Assembly (NCBI GenBank): GCA_041690595.1
Contig: JAWLHB010000004.1
Location: 186,001-250,000 of the forward strand
DNA: 64,000 bases
DNA from: Lentisphaeria bacterium
GTDB taxonomy: Bacteria; Verrucomicrobiota; Lentisphaeria; JABSQK01; JAWLHB01
Direction: 5' to 3'
A program made the translations under genes and the position numbers. Under the pieces are notes generated by a model. That model was not told the origin of the DNA and did no database searches. It was given only the letters and a program-made list of their open reading frames with translations. Positions 37,678 to 47,842 of the stretch are shown in pieces; positions within the stretch are counted from its first letter, which is position 1; the number at the start of each line of letters is the position of its first letter.

Positions 37678-38829
37678 CTACTCGAGCGACCCTGGCAGTG
37701 ACGTTTTCGGCTCCTCCTCCAATGGCAGGAAGAAGGTGCCCGAAATAGCCCGGTGTTGAGCACGGCGTCGGCGTTCGGTGGTGAAGTCGAGAACCAGCCA
37801 CTGGCTGTCGGCCAGCAGGTAATCGAGTCTCAGCCAAGGCTCCCAGAGGGCAAGGCTCTTGCGGGTGCTTGCCGGTACGGTATAGCCGAAACCCAGACCG
37901 GTGCGCTCATGTGCATCCGCGAAATGACGGGTCAGGCGTTCATACGCCCGGCCGCGCTCGGGCATGTTGAAGTCGCCGGCGGCGAGAACAGGCAGGCTCT
38001 CGGCTTCCATCGCCGCGGCCAATCGCTCGGCCAACTGCACGTAGCTCTGCATGCTGGATTGGAACTCACGGCGGATTTCCGGCGACCAGATGCCGCCATG
38101 GCCGAAGTCATGGCGGAGGCCGAGTCCGACCATGCTTTCCAGCATCGGCTGTCGGGTGGGCAGGTGAACGTTGTACACCACGAAGGGGTGCTTCGGTGCA
38201 TCGATGACAAAACGCGTCGCAAAGCACTCGCCGTCATGGTAAAGCGCTTCCGGCGCCGTATTCTCCAGAATCGGCCAGCGGCTGTGGATCGTGAACTCGC
38301 CGACAATTGCCACCTGATAGTCGGGCAGCAACTCCTCGAGCTCGTTCATTCCCCGCTTTGTTTCCTGCAGGAGGATCAGATCCGGCTGCCTCTCGCGCAC
38401 ATAGGCCAGCGGCGATGTGCCCATGCTGCTGCCCGCATTGTTGCAGACCAGCCGCACCGCCAGTCCCGGACCCGGTTGGGTCGGTCCGCTGACCAACCCC
38501 GGGTCCATGTAAATCAGCAAGGCAGCCAAGGCAGCCACATGCACCAGCAACGCTTTGCGGCGGCAGATCAGCGCAACTGGTGTCAAGAGGGCCAGCGGCA
38601 GGAGCCAGCCCAGAGGGGGCAGGAAGACGAGTACGCTGAAGGGCCAGATGCGATCCGTATAAAGTTGCATTCCCAACAAAACCGCTATCAGGGCTGCCAG
38701 GTACATGATGCTGCCCCAGAGGGCCGCAAAACGACAGAGGCGCCTCCCAACCCCGTGCTCCGCATCCGCATCCTCGGAAGAGCGCAGCCAGGTGACAAGA
38801 CGCCCAAGCTGGTAGAGTAGACGATTCAT
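37678..38829 (-). CDS. Membrane-anchored endonuclease/exonuclease/phosphatase (EEP) family protein
   Basis: N-terminal TMs; PDLILLQE, YNVHL, LAAGDFN, LRLDYLL, QHR. Confidence 0.8.
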   Translation of the reverse strand: MNRLLYQLGRLVTWLRSSEDADAEHGVGRRLCRFAALWGSIMYLAALIAVLLGMQLYTDRIWPFSVLVFLPPLGWLLPLALLTPVALICRRKALLVHVAALAALLIYMDPGLVSGPTQPGPGLAVRLVCNNAGSSMGTSPLAYVRERQPDLILLQETKRGMNELEELLPDYQVAIVGEFTIHSRWPILENTAPEALYHDGECFATRFVIDAPKHPFVVYNVHLPTRQPMLESMVGLGLRHDFGHGGIWSPEIRREFQSSMQSYVQLAERLAAAMEAESLPVLAAGDFNMPERGRAYERLTRHFADAHERTGLGFGYTVPASTRKSLALWEPWLRLDYLLADSQWLVLDFTTERRRRAQHRAISGTFFLPLEEEPKTSLPGSLE

Positions 38830-38854
38830 GGTCTGCCGATAAGTGTGATGATGA

Positions 38855-39505
38855 CTATTCTGGGAGTGTATTCCACCCAGTGGGTACATGCAATCCGACA
38901 CGGAGCAGATAGCGGAACATCCATCGCCGCAACGCGCGCCAGACTTCCACCTCATGTTCCGGCAGCGCCTGCCGCAGATCGTAGGCGAAGGAGAGCAACT
39001 CCCGCATGTGTCGCTCGGATTCCGGTCGCTGCGTCAGATCGGGTAGCAGGCCATGTTCTTCCAGGGCGGCAAAGCAGACGGAGAGTATCACCGGACCGCA
39101 GGGCGCCTCTGCCCGGGCGAGCCGGTCGAAGGCGACAATCGTCGCTTCATAGAGGAGCGGCGCCGATTGATTGGGGACCGAATTCTCCAGAGCCAGCCTG
39201 CAAAGCCATCCCGCCGCGCGGTATTGTGCCGGAAAGTGCGCGATGTTGTCGAAGTTGCGTACACTCTCCACTTGCCGCGCCGTCTGCAGCTCCGTTTGTC
39301 GCGAGGGACGATAGAGAATATGAAGGCAGCGGAATAGGTCAGCTTCGGGAAAAGCCTTCTTGCCGGTTCTGCGGGCGCCGCGAAGCATGAAATGCAGCTG
39401 GCCATGTTCGCGCGTCAGCAGGGCAAGAATAAGGCTGGCCTCCGAATAAGGGGTTATTCGAAGGACCAGCCCTTCAACTTGCGTAATTTCAGCGTCGCCG
39501 CTCAC
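38855..39505 (-). CDS. recO: DNA repair protein RecO
   Basis: EGLVLR..PYSEA..I..LLT.EHG.....RGARR N-terminal OB-fold signature. Confidence 0.8.
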   Translation of the reverse strand: MSGDAEITQVEGLVLRITPYSEASLILALLTREHGQLHFMLRGARRTGKKAFPEADLFRCLHILYRPSRQTELQTARQVESVRNFDNIAHFPAQYRAAGWLCRLALENSVPNQSAPLLYEATIVAFDRLARAEAPCGPVILSVCFAALEEHGLLPDLTQRPESERHMRELLSFAYDLRQALPEHEVEVWRALRRWMFRYLLRVGLHVPTGWNTLPE

Positions 39506-39506
39506 A

Positions 39507-41870
39507 TCAGAAGCTGATACCGAACCAGCTCTGCACGATTGGCGAGAACTTCACGATCAGCGGGGCAAAGATCACTGCCACCATGCTCATAAGCTTGAGC
39601 AGGATGTTCAGGGACGGCCCCGATGTATCTTTGAAGGGATCGCCGACGGTGTCGCCGGTCACGCACGCTTTGTGCACGGTCGAACCCTTGCCGCCGAGGT
39701 TGCCCTTCTCCACGTACTTCTTGGCATTGTCCCAGGCGCCACCGGCATTGTTCAGCATGCAGGCAATCGAGAAACCGGCTGCCAGGCCGCCAGCAAGCAG
39801 ACCAAGCAGGCCCGCCACGCCAAGGATGATACCCGTAGCGACCGGCACGATGATAGCCAGCACGGACGGCAGGATCATCTCTTTCTGAGCCGCAAGTGTC
39901 GAAATGGCCACGCAGCGCTGGTAGTCCGGCTTGCCGGTGCCTTCCATGATGCCTGGAATCTCGCGGAACTGACGGCGAACTTCTTCGACCATCGCACCGG
40001 CGGAGCGGCCGACAGCGCGCATTGTCAGCGCGCAGAAGAGCAGTGCCATCATCGCTCCGAGGAAGAGCCCGGAGATCACCATCGGGTTGAGGATCGACAG
40101 GTCATAGACCTTCACGCACGCCTGCAACAGGGTGGCACCCTGTGCCTGCGCGGCTTCGATCTTCTCATAGATCATGGGGGTCAGCTTCTTTGCCCAGAAA
40201 GGCACGCTCAGGACGTAGGCGGCGAGCAGCGTCAGCGCGGTCAAGGCAGCCGAGCCGATGGCAAAGCCTTTGCCCATCGCGGCCGTGGTGTTACCCAGCA
40301 TGTCCAACGCATCGGTGCGCTCGCGCACTTTGGGATCGAGGCCGGACATTTCGGCGTTGCCGCCGGCGTTGTCCGCGATCGGGCCGTAGGCGTCCGTCGC
40401 CAGCGTGATGCCGAGCGTCGCCAGCATGCCGACCGCCGCGAAGCCAATACCGTACAGGCCGCTGAGGACCGGCATTTCTCCGGCACCAAAGCCACCGGCA
40501 AAGCCGAAGGAACAAAGAATGCCGATCACGATCACGATGACCGGGAAGGCCGCCGATTCCATACCTACTGCCAGACCCGCGATGATGACGGTGGCCGGGC
40601 CAGTCTTGCCCTGCTCGGCAATGCCACGGGTCGGGCTGTACTCGTCAGAGGTGTAATAGCCGGTGATCCAGCCAATGAGAGCGCCAGCCAGGAGGCCGGA
40701 GACGATGGCGCCGAAGATGCCCCAGGGCAGCCACTTCATGCCCGCCAGAATGGCCAGGACAAGGATGATGCCGAAGGTCGCTCCCCAAGTTCCGCGCTCC
40801 AGCGCCTTGAGCAGCTGCTTCATCGACGATTCGTTGCCGCAACGCACCAGGAATACGCCCATGATGGAGAGGAGAATACCAATGCCGGCGACGATCATCG
40901 GCGCCTGCACCATTGTCGTTGCATACGGAAGCATGGCGCCCAGTGCGGCGGTCGCCAAGATCGAACCCACGTAGGACTCATAGAGGTCGGCGCCCATGCC
41001 GGCGACGTCACCCACGTTGTCACCCACGTTGTCCGCGATCGTCGCGGGATTGCGGGGATCGTCTTCCGGAATGCCCGCTTCCACTTTGCCGACCAGGTCC
41101 GCGCCGACGTCTGCCGCTTTGGTGTAGATACCGCCGCCGACACGCGCAAAGAGCGCCAGTGTCGAAGCGCCAATACCCAGACCAAGCATGGTCGTCGTAA
41201 TCTCCTGCAGACGGTGGGCGTTGTCCAGCCCGGCCGTCGCAAACTTTCCGCCAATCGTCAGGCCGGTCGCGGGATCAACCACATAGATGACGTGCGTGAG
41301 GAAGAGATACCAGCCCCAGATGTTGATGAGCCCGAATCCGACGACAACCATCCCCATGACGGCGCCGGAGCGGAAGGCAACCTGCAGGCCTTCGTTCAGA
41401 CTCTTGCTGGCACCCTGAGCGGTACGGTTGCTCGCCTGCGTGGCCGTTGTCATTCCCAGATTGCCACAGAGGGCTGAGAAGAAACCGCCAAACAGGAAGG
41501 CTACCGGCATCATTGGATTCTGCAGGCCCATGGCGGCCATGATACAGAAGATAATGAAGAGGACAATCATGACGATCGTGACCGTCTTGTACTGGCTCTT
41601 CAGGTATGCGTTGGCGCCCTCGCGAACATAGCCCGCGATCTCGACCATTCGTGCAGTGCCCGGATCGGCCTTGACCATCTGTTTGTAGAACAGAAAGGCG
41701 ATGATCAACGCCAGAATGGCCCCGATTGGCGCAACGATGAGTAGTTTGTCGAAGTTGTCGAAGAGCATGGTGCTCATACCCCCGGCGTCCCCTGTCGCGG
41801 GGTCCTGTGCCAAGGCAGTCATACTGCCCAGTGCCGCCAGTGCACTCCATAATAAGTTACGTGTTTTCAA
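39507..41870 (-). CDS. hppA: Membrane-bound ion-translocating pyrophosphatase (K+-dependent type)
   Basis: [79 protein letters not shown] start after AGGAG RBS. Confidence 0.95.
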   Translation of the reverse strand: MKTRNLLWSALAALGSMTALAQDPATGDAGGMSTMLFDNFDKLLIVAPIGAILALIIAFLFYKQMVKADPGTARMVEIAGYVREGANAYLKSQYKTVTIVMIVLFIIFCIMAAMGLQNPMMPVAFLFGGFFSALCGNLGMTTATQASNRTAQGASKSLNEGLQVAFRSGAVMGMVVVGFGLINIWGWYLFLTHVIYVVDPATGLTIGGKFATAGLDNAHRLQEITTTMLGLGIGASTLALFARVGGGIYTKAADVGADLVGKVEAGIPEDDPRNPATIADNVGDNVGDVAGMGADLYESYVGSILATAALGAMLPYATTMVQAPMIVAGIGILLSIMGVFLVRCGNESSMKQLLKALERGTWGATFGIILVLAILAGMKWLPWGIFGAIVSGLLAGALIGWITGYYTSDEYSPTRGIAEQGKTGPATVIIAGLAVGMESAAFPVIVIVIGILCSFGFAGGFGAGEMPVLSGLYGIGFAAVGMLATLGITLATDAYGPIADNAGGNAEMSGLDPKVRERTDALDMLGNTTAAMGKGFAIGSAALTALTLLAAYVLSVPFWAKKLTPMIYEKIEAAQAQGATLLQACVKVYDLSILNPMVISGLFLGAMMALLFCALTMRAVGRSAGAMVEEVRRQFREIPGIMEGTGKPDYQRCVAISTLAAQKEMILPSVLAIIVPVATGIILGVAGLLGLLAGGLAAGFSIACMLNNAGGAWDNAKKYVEKGNLGGKGSTVHKACVTGDTVGDPFKDTSGPSLNILLKLMSMVAVIFAPLIVKFSPIVQSWFGISF

Positions 41871-42247
41871 TGGTACTCCTTCTCCCCCTGTTAATGTTCC
41901 GTCCCTACACCCCTTTGATCGATGTGCAGACCAAAGGATTTCCAAACCGCACGTGCTGCAGACACATGAAGTCGAAAACGCGTAATATTGATGGTCCCGG
42001 CGCCGTTGCAACTTGCTCCCCCAACTTTTTTGTGTTCTCCGCCTCCAACAGTTGCGTCAAACCGTCTCCCGGCGTGGTCCAGAGAGGAGTCGCGCGCAGC
42101 TCTTGCCGCCCTTCCATGGCGGCGCGCGAGTCGCATCCAGTGGGTCAGCAGGCCTTCCGTTTAGTGCAGAACGGGTTGCAGGAGCATGTTGTGACGTCCA
42201 TAATAATCGAGCCTGCATCGTTGTTTACCCCTCAATTGGAGCCATCC

Positions 42248-43606
42248 ATGCCTTACCGGATCGCCATGATCGGCGCGGGATCCTTTTTCACCGACGGAAT
42301 TGTGGAAGGTCTTTGCCGCCAACGCGGAATCTTCGATGGCAGCACCTTTGTGCTGGTCGATGTCGATGAGGAGCGCCTGCGTCTCTCGCTTCATCGGCAG
42401 CGTGAGATCGTTCGCAACGCCTCCGCCAAGCTGACACTTGAAGCCACCACCGACCGGCGGCGGGCCTTGCCCGGCTGCGACTATGTGGTCACCTCCTTCG
42501 ATCGCGATCGGGCAAGGACCTGGATGCGCGACATCGAGATTCCCAAGCAGTTTGGCGTCCACTGCTGGCTTGGTGAAAATGGTGGCCCCGGCGGGCAGGC
42601 GCACGCCATGCGGAACATCACTGTCTTCATGGGCATCTGCAAGGACATGGAGGAACTCTGCCCCGATGCCTGGCTGATGAACTTCACCAATCCCATGTCC
42701 TTTGTCTGCACCTACATGCACCGCCACACTTCGATCAAGACCCTGGGCTTCTGCCATCAGGTCCACGGTTCCATGGGCGTCATCGCCGAAATGCTCGACT
42801 TCGAGCCAGGCGAGTTGCAGGTCATCAGCGGCGGCATCAACCACTTCAACTGGCTTATCGACATCCGCCGCCGAGGGACGGGCGAAAGCTATCTGGAAAC
42901 CTTCAAGTCCCGCGTTCGGGAGAACAAATGGTGGCAGAAGATCTATCCCAATGTCCCCGAGCAGCTCCTTACCCGTGACATTCTGGAAACCTTCGACCTC
43001 TATCCCGTGGGCTACGACTCTCATATTGCCGAGTACCTGCCTTTCTTCTATGATCTGCAGGAGCGCGAAGAGCTGGGCTTTCCGGATCATATCGGCCGGC
43101 TCAAGGCCCACGTGGAGCGGCGCGAAGCCCTCGCCAATGCGTCTGACGAGGAGAAGCAACAGGCCGAAAGCATGGCGCGCAGTGAGTTTCACAATGTCCC
43201 TTTCCCGAAGGATGGCAACCACCCCTACTATCGTGAGAAGCCAACCGAGGTGATCGAGGCGTTCGCCACCAACGAGCCGCTCTACATGGATGCGATCGTT
43301 ATCCCCAACCATGGCAGTATCGACAATCTGCCTGAAGATGCCCTGGTGGACATTCCCGCCGTTGCCGTGGGTGGTGATGTGCGCGGCCTTCATGTGGGGG
43401 CCCTTCCTCCGTTTGGCGCCGAGCTTTGCCGCCGGCAGATTGCGGTGCACGAGATGCTCGTCAGCGCCACTGCCGAAGGTTGCCGTCTGAAGCTGCGCCA
43501 GAGCCTCGCCCTCGACCCATACGTTCGCGGCATTCGGCAGGCGCGGCAGATCGCCGATGCCTTTCTCGACGAGTACCGCGACGATCTGCCCCAGTTCTGG
43601 AACTGA
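42248..43606 (+). CDS. Glycoside hydrolase family 4 (NAD-dependent alpha-galactosidase/glucosidase-like)
   Basis: Start MPYRIAMIGAGS; GE.GGPGG; CPDAW.MNFTNPM; GFCH; GINHFNW; PN.G.I.NLP.DA.V. Confidence 0.9.
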   Translation: MPYRIAMIGAGSFFTDGIVEGLCRQRGIFDGSTFVLVDVDEERLRLSLHRQREIVRNASAKLTLEATTDRRRALPGCDYVVTSFDRDRARTWMRDIEIPKQFGVHCWLGENGGPGGQAHAMRNITVFMGICKDMEELCPDAWLMNFTNPMSFVCTYMHRHTSIKTLGFCHQVHGSMGVIAEMLDFEPGELQVISGGINHFNWLIDIRRRGTGESYLETFKSRVRENKWWQKIYPNVPEQLLTRDILETFDLYPVGYDSHIAEYLPFFYDLQEREELGFPDHIGRLKAHVERREALANASDEEKQQAESMARSEFHNVPFPKDGNHPYYREKPTEVIEAFATNEPLYMDAIVIPNHGSIDNLPEDALVDIPAVAVGGDVRGLHVGALPPFGAELCRRQIAVHEMLVSATAEGCRLKLRQSLALDPYVRGIRQARQIADAFLDEYRDDLPQFWN

Positions 43607-43630
43607 CCGCCCCCCCCCCATGCCATATTC

Positions 43631-46600
43631 ATGACAAATACGAGCCATCTTGAACGCCTGGTGATTCAGGTTTGGGCGTTTGTCGTCCTTTGCCTTCTCG
43701 GGAGCGCTTTCCTGCGTGCGGAATCGCTGGCGGCGATCGAACTGATTCAGGCGCCTCCGGCTGAACTTCTTGCCCAGCTGGAAGCGTCTCGGGGGCACTA
43801 CGATGGAACTCAACCTCTGGAACTGTTGAACCTGCTCGCGCTGCTCGAAGAGCGCACTCCCGGCCCGGAATCGCCGGCCATCGAGCAGGCCATTCTCGAC
43901 TTGCTTGGCGAATGGCCGGAGGCCCTCGCACCTGTGCTGAAGACAATGGAGACAGGTGACGAGAGCCTCCTTCGGCAGATCGCCGCCCGTGTGCGCCGGA
44001 CGCTGTCGCCCCCTGCCGATCGCCCGCGGCCGGCGTCTTTCGATACCGCCTTTGTCGGGCGGAATCCGCTGAGCGAGTATGGTGGCATCGAGCGGGTCGA
44101 GCCGGATGCTGCCGCTATCCTGATGATCGAGGCGAGTTCCCGCCAGCCTGATCCCTTCACGCCGGCACTTCTCGCCGCCATGAGCAGGATCATCGCGGAA
44201 GGCGGAATTCTGGTGCTGATTGCTCCCGGCGCGCGGCCCTGGCCCGCGGCGTTGAAGAACTGGGCACATGCACATGACGTGGCCTTGCCTGACGGCAATC
44301 GCCCTCTCGTCGGGCCGGGACGACCGGCGAGGGATCAGGATTACCTCAGCCTGGCCGATGTACCATGGAGCCCGGATGAACAACCGGGCACCGCCACCGC
44401 CGCCGCATGGGAACAATGGTCGGGCAAGGCCCCCGTGCGCACCAGCGATTATCAGGGGGCACTGGTTGTTGTCGATCACCACCGCGATGCGACGTTGATT
44501 TACAGTTGCGTCGACCTTCATGAAGCGCCGATGTACCGGGATAACCTGCTGTACTGGATCTACGGCAGCCGCCTGCCGGAAGCCCAGCAGGCGCATCCGG
44601 GTGAATGGGAACTGGCGCTCACCGGCAGCACACCTCATACGCCATGGCTCAAGCCCATCGCTGGAGAACCCGTGAACGTGCTCTACCTGACGGACAATCT
44701 CTTCAAGCGCGGCATGCTCGAACTCCATCAGCGTTTGAGCGTCGCATCGCGTTACGTGCCCTATGCCGCCGCTCCCGCCATGACGGGCTCGCAGCTTCCC
44801 AATCCACCGGCACGAATGTCGCTGCGCTCGATTCTGGCCTTCCAGGAGGCGTTGCCGTGGGCGGAGACGGTGCTCTGCGACACGGGCCGCGTCAATCTTC
44901 TGCGCAGCTTGGTCTACGACATCATGGGGACGGTAAGCATCGATCTTCTCCCCCGCCGCGTCCGCCGCCAGCTCTACGCCGCCGTCCATGAGCGTGGCAT
45001 GGGGCTTGTCGTGGCCGGCGACGAGAGCGTAGCCGCTGCCCTGCCCGATGTCATGGCTCGACTGACGGCGGCAAAGGAAATCGCCGTCAGCATGCCCTTC
45101 ATGCCTGACCGCTTGGTTCGCTCCGTCACCCGCGGCAAGGGGCGTATTGTCTGGTTTTCCCGGCATCTCGATCATTCGTATCTCGAGTATGGAAATCTTT
45201 CTGTAAGCGACTTGGGCGCTGCGTGGCAGGTGCCCGGTCTGGAGCGTCCGCGCCAGGTTGTTCGGGCCGATGAGTTCGCTTATGCCGCCCTGGCAAAAGC
45301 CGTCCGCTACAGCGCCGGTCATGAACCGCTCATCGCCGGCATAGAGCGTCGCAACGCCGCCATCGTCGTCTCGCTGAACCAGCGGGCCGGGGTTTCGGCT
45401 CAATGGACGTTGCGCGATGCCTACGGTGAGATCGTGGCAACCGAAACTTCGGCAGGAGAAGGGAGCGAGATCGCCTGGGATCTGCCCGTGGCGCTCATGC
45501 GACCGATGATCGTCGAATGCCGTCTTCTGACGTGGGGCGGAATCGTCGTCGACGCGGCGGCCATCGCGTTGCTGCCCGAGCTTCCGCCTGCGATCACAGC
45601 CATTCGTACCGATCGTGGCTGGTACAAGCCTGGCGAGGTGATCCAGGTGACCGTTGAGCGGCTGGCTGCCCCCGCCGGCTCCACCACCATCACGGCCCGA
45701 GATACCTGGGGGCGCATGGTCTTCCAAGGCGATGGGGAGACGGCCGCCATACCGGTGCTTCAGCCGCTTTCGCGCCTCTGGGACATCGAGGTGGTGGTGC
45801 GGGATGAAGCCGGCGGCATCGTCGATCGGTCGCGATTGCCCGTCGGTATCGTGCTACCGTCTCGCGAGCTGGACTATGACGTGACCGGCGTCCTGCTCAA
45901 GCCTGCAATTCTGTTGCCGATGATCCGGGACCGGATGGGGATCTCCGTCACCTATGGCGATGCCGAGACCGCCTTTCGCGGCAATCTGGAGTTGAGCGCG
46001 GGGATCTGGTCGGATCCGGTCGGCATTGCCCCTACACTCGGCGCGCGAACCGCCGCCACCGAACGCCAGCCATGCCTTTCCGCCCCGGCTTTTCGCTTGC
46101 AGGCTGTCCGGGACATGCGTGAGACTGCACCGCGCTGGGCGCGGCTGGGGGTTACCGATTACATGATCGCTGACGAATGCCAGCTCGGTGGCCGCTGCCT
46201 GTCCGAACACTCCATGCGCCGCTTCCGCGACTGGCTGCAGGGTGAATATGCCGATCTTGCCGCCCTCAACGACGAATGGGGAAGCGCCCATGCGTCATGG
46301 GCATCTATTCAGGCGCTGACCGGTGCAACTGCATCCCGACCAGGCGCAATCGTCGACTACGACCGTTTTCACCTCTGGGAGTTCGCTGAGTACGCCAGCT
46401 ATCTGCAGATGCTTGGCGACGACACCATTCCCGGCTTCAAGACCGGTCACTCCGGCGGCATCATGGACAATCAGATGATGCGCCTCTCCAATGCGGTCTG
46501 GTACTATGGCGTTGACGAAGTGGCCGTGGCAGGCAAACGTCCGGGTGCTCTTATCGGTTCCTGGTTCGAACCCGGTTATCGCTTTCGCGAGGATCACGAA

Positions 46601-47842
46601 GTCGAGGCACGCCGCTGGGCCTGGTGGCACCTGTTTCGCGGCACCACGCGGCAGCAGCTCTGGTATCCCAAGACCGGTCTTCCCGCCATACATGCGGATC
46701 TCAGCCGACCCTTCGCCGCCTTTTCCTGGATGGCCGAAGAGATGGCCGACCTGCGGCGCGGCATGGGGAAGCTCATCCTGAACAGCGCGCGGGACGAAGG
46801 TCCGGCCGCCGTCTATTACTCTCTGCGCTCCAATCTGACAAAGATGGCGCTGGCGGAACTGACCGGCACGAAAATGCCTGGCTACAAAGGGGATGCGGCC
46901 TTCAGGAATGCCGTGCTGGCCAATCAGGTCGAGTGCCGCTACATCAATGAGTTCCAGATCGAGGATGGCCATCTGGCCAGCCGTGGCACCCGCCTTCTCT
47001 TCCTGCCGCGACTGATCTCCCTCTCTGCCGCCGAACGTGCACGGTTGACCGCCTTTGTCGAGGCCGGCGGTACCCTTGTGGCCGACCGGCGACCGGGCGA
47101 GCGCAATCAGCACGGTACCCTCGTGGAGCCGACATGGTCCCGCGAGATGTTCGGAAGTGAGGATCGCGGTCGCGTCGTCACGCCGCGCGGTCAAGGCCGC
47201 TGCGTGCTGCTCAACGCCGACGTCACGCCCGAAGACGTGGCGCTGGCCGCGGAGCTGATGGCCATGGCCGGCGTTACACCGCGCCTCCAGGTCTTCGATG
47301 CACAGGGAGAGCCTGTGCCTGTCGACCGTGGCCACTTCGACGATGGCGCCGCTGCCTACCATGGTTTTGTTCTCAACGGTCGGGGAATGGTGAATCCTGA
47401 TCAGGAGATCGCCGTCACCGCCAGATTTTCCGCCCCTGCCCACCTCTACGATTGCCGGGCCGGTTCCTGGCTGGGCGAGACCGATTCCCTTGCCGTCAAG
47501 CTGCAGCCGGGCATTGCGCATCTCTATGCGGCGCTGCCTTGGCGCCTGAATAAGCTGCATGTGACGCTTGGGGCTGCCTCGGCCAGGCCGGGGCAGGTTG
47601 TTGCCCTCGACCTCCAGTGCGAGGCTGAAGGAAAGATCGGACGGCAAGTGCTCTGGATCCGCGTCGCCGCGCCGGATGGCGAGTGGCAGCCCGCCTACGA
47701 GAAGCGCCTGTTATCGGAGAATGGCCATGCCGCCTGGCAGCTGCCACTGCCCCTCGATGCCCCCGTCGGCTCATGGCGCCTGCTCGTCCGTGATGCGGCC
47801 ACCGGCATAGCCGGCGAAGCCCTGCTGGAGGTGCAGCCATGA
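43631..47842 (+). CDS. Large exported multidomain protein with GH42/beta-galactosidase-like catalytic and trimerisation domains
   Basis: Signal peptide; CLSAP...IADE...FRDWLQGEYADLAALNDEWG; L.LP...SLS.AE...L..FV.AGG.LVAD..PG; C-terminal Ig-like domain. Confidence 0.65.
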   Translation: MTNTSHLERLVIQVWAFVVLCLLGSAFLRAESLAAIELIQAPPAELLAQLEASRGHYDGTQPLELLNLLALLEERTPGPESPAIEQAILDLLGEWPEALAPVLKTMETGDESLLRQIAARVRRTLSPPADRPRPASFDTAFVGRNPLSEYGGIERVEPDAAAILMIEASSRQPDPFTPALLAAMSRIIAEGGILVLIAPGARPWPAALKNWAHAHDVALPDGNRPLVGPGRPARDQDYLSLADVPWSPDEQPGTATAAAWEQWSGKAPVRTSDYQGALVVVDHHRDATLIYSCVDLHEAPMYRDNLLYWIYGSRLPEAQQAHPGEWELALTGSTPHTPWLKPIAGEPVNVLYLTDNLFKRGMLELHQRLSVASRYVPYAAAPAMTGSQLPNPPARMSLRSILAFQEALPWAETVLCDTGRVNLLRSLVYDIMGTVSIDLLPRRVRRQLYAAVHERGMGLVVAGDESVAAALPDVMARLTAAKEIAVSMPFMPDRLVRSVTRGKGRIVWFSRHLDHSYLEYGNLSVSDLGAAWQVPGLERPRQVVRADEFAYAALAKAVRYSAGHEPLIAGIERRNAAIVVSLNQRAGVSAQWTLRDAYGEIVATETSAGEGSEIAWDLPVALMRPMIVECRLLTWGGIVVDAAAIALLPELPPAITAIRTDRGWYKPGEVIQVTVERLAAPAGSTTITARDTWGRMVFQGDGETAAIPVLQPLSRLWDIEVVVRDEAGGIVDRSRLPVGIVLPSRELDYDVTGVLLKPAILLPMIRDRMGISVTYGDAETAFRGNLELSAGIWSDPVGIAPTLGARTAATERQPCLSAPAFRLQAVRDMRETAPRWARLGVTDYMIADECQLGGRCLSEHSMRRFRDWLQGEYADLAALNDEWGSAHASWASIQALTGATASRPGAIVDYDRFHLWEFAEYASYLQMLGDDTIPGFKTGHSGGIMDNQMMRLSNAVWYYGVDEVAVAGKRPGALIGSWFEPGYRFREDHEVEARRWAWWHLFRGTTRQQLWYPKTGLPAIHADLSRPFAAFSWMAEEMADLRRGMGKLILNSARDEGPAAVYYSLRSNLTKMALAELTGTKMPGYKGDAAFRNAVLANQVECRYINEFQIEDGHLASRGTRLLFLPRLISLSAAERARLTAFVEAGGTLVADRRPGERNQHGTLVEPTWSREMFGSEDRGRVVTPRGQGRCVLLNADVTPEDVALAAELMAMAGVTPRLQVFDAQGEPVPVDRGHFDDGAAAYHGFVLNGRGMVNPDQEIAVTARFSAPAHLYDCRAGSWLGETDSLAVKLQPGIAHLYAALPWRLNKLHVTLGAASARPGQVVALDLQCEAEGKIGRQVLWIRVAAPDGEWQPAYEKRLLSENGHAAWQLPLPLDAPVGSWRLLVRDAATGIAGEALLEVQP

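Noticed and set aside
42161..45727. 1,188-aa minus-strand ORF, and similar long antisense ORFs (7915-10167, 28344-30536, 39672-41477, 50056-52470, 60132-61628)
   Set aside because: Shadow ORFs antisense to well-supported genes; expected in high-GC DNA; no recognisable motifs
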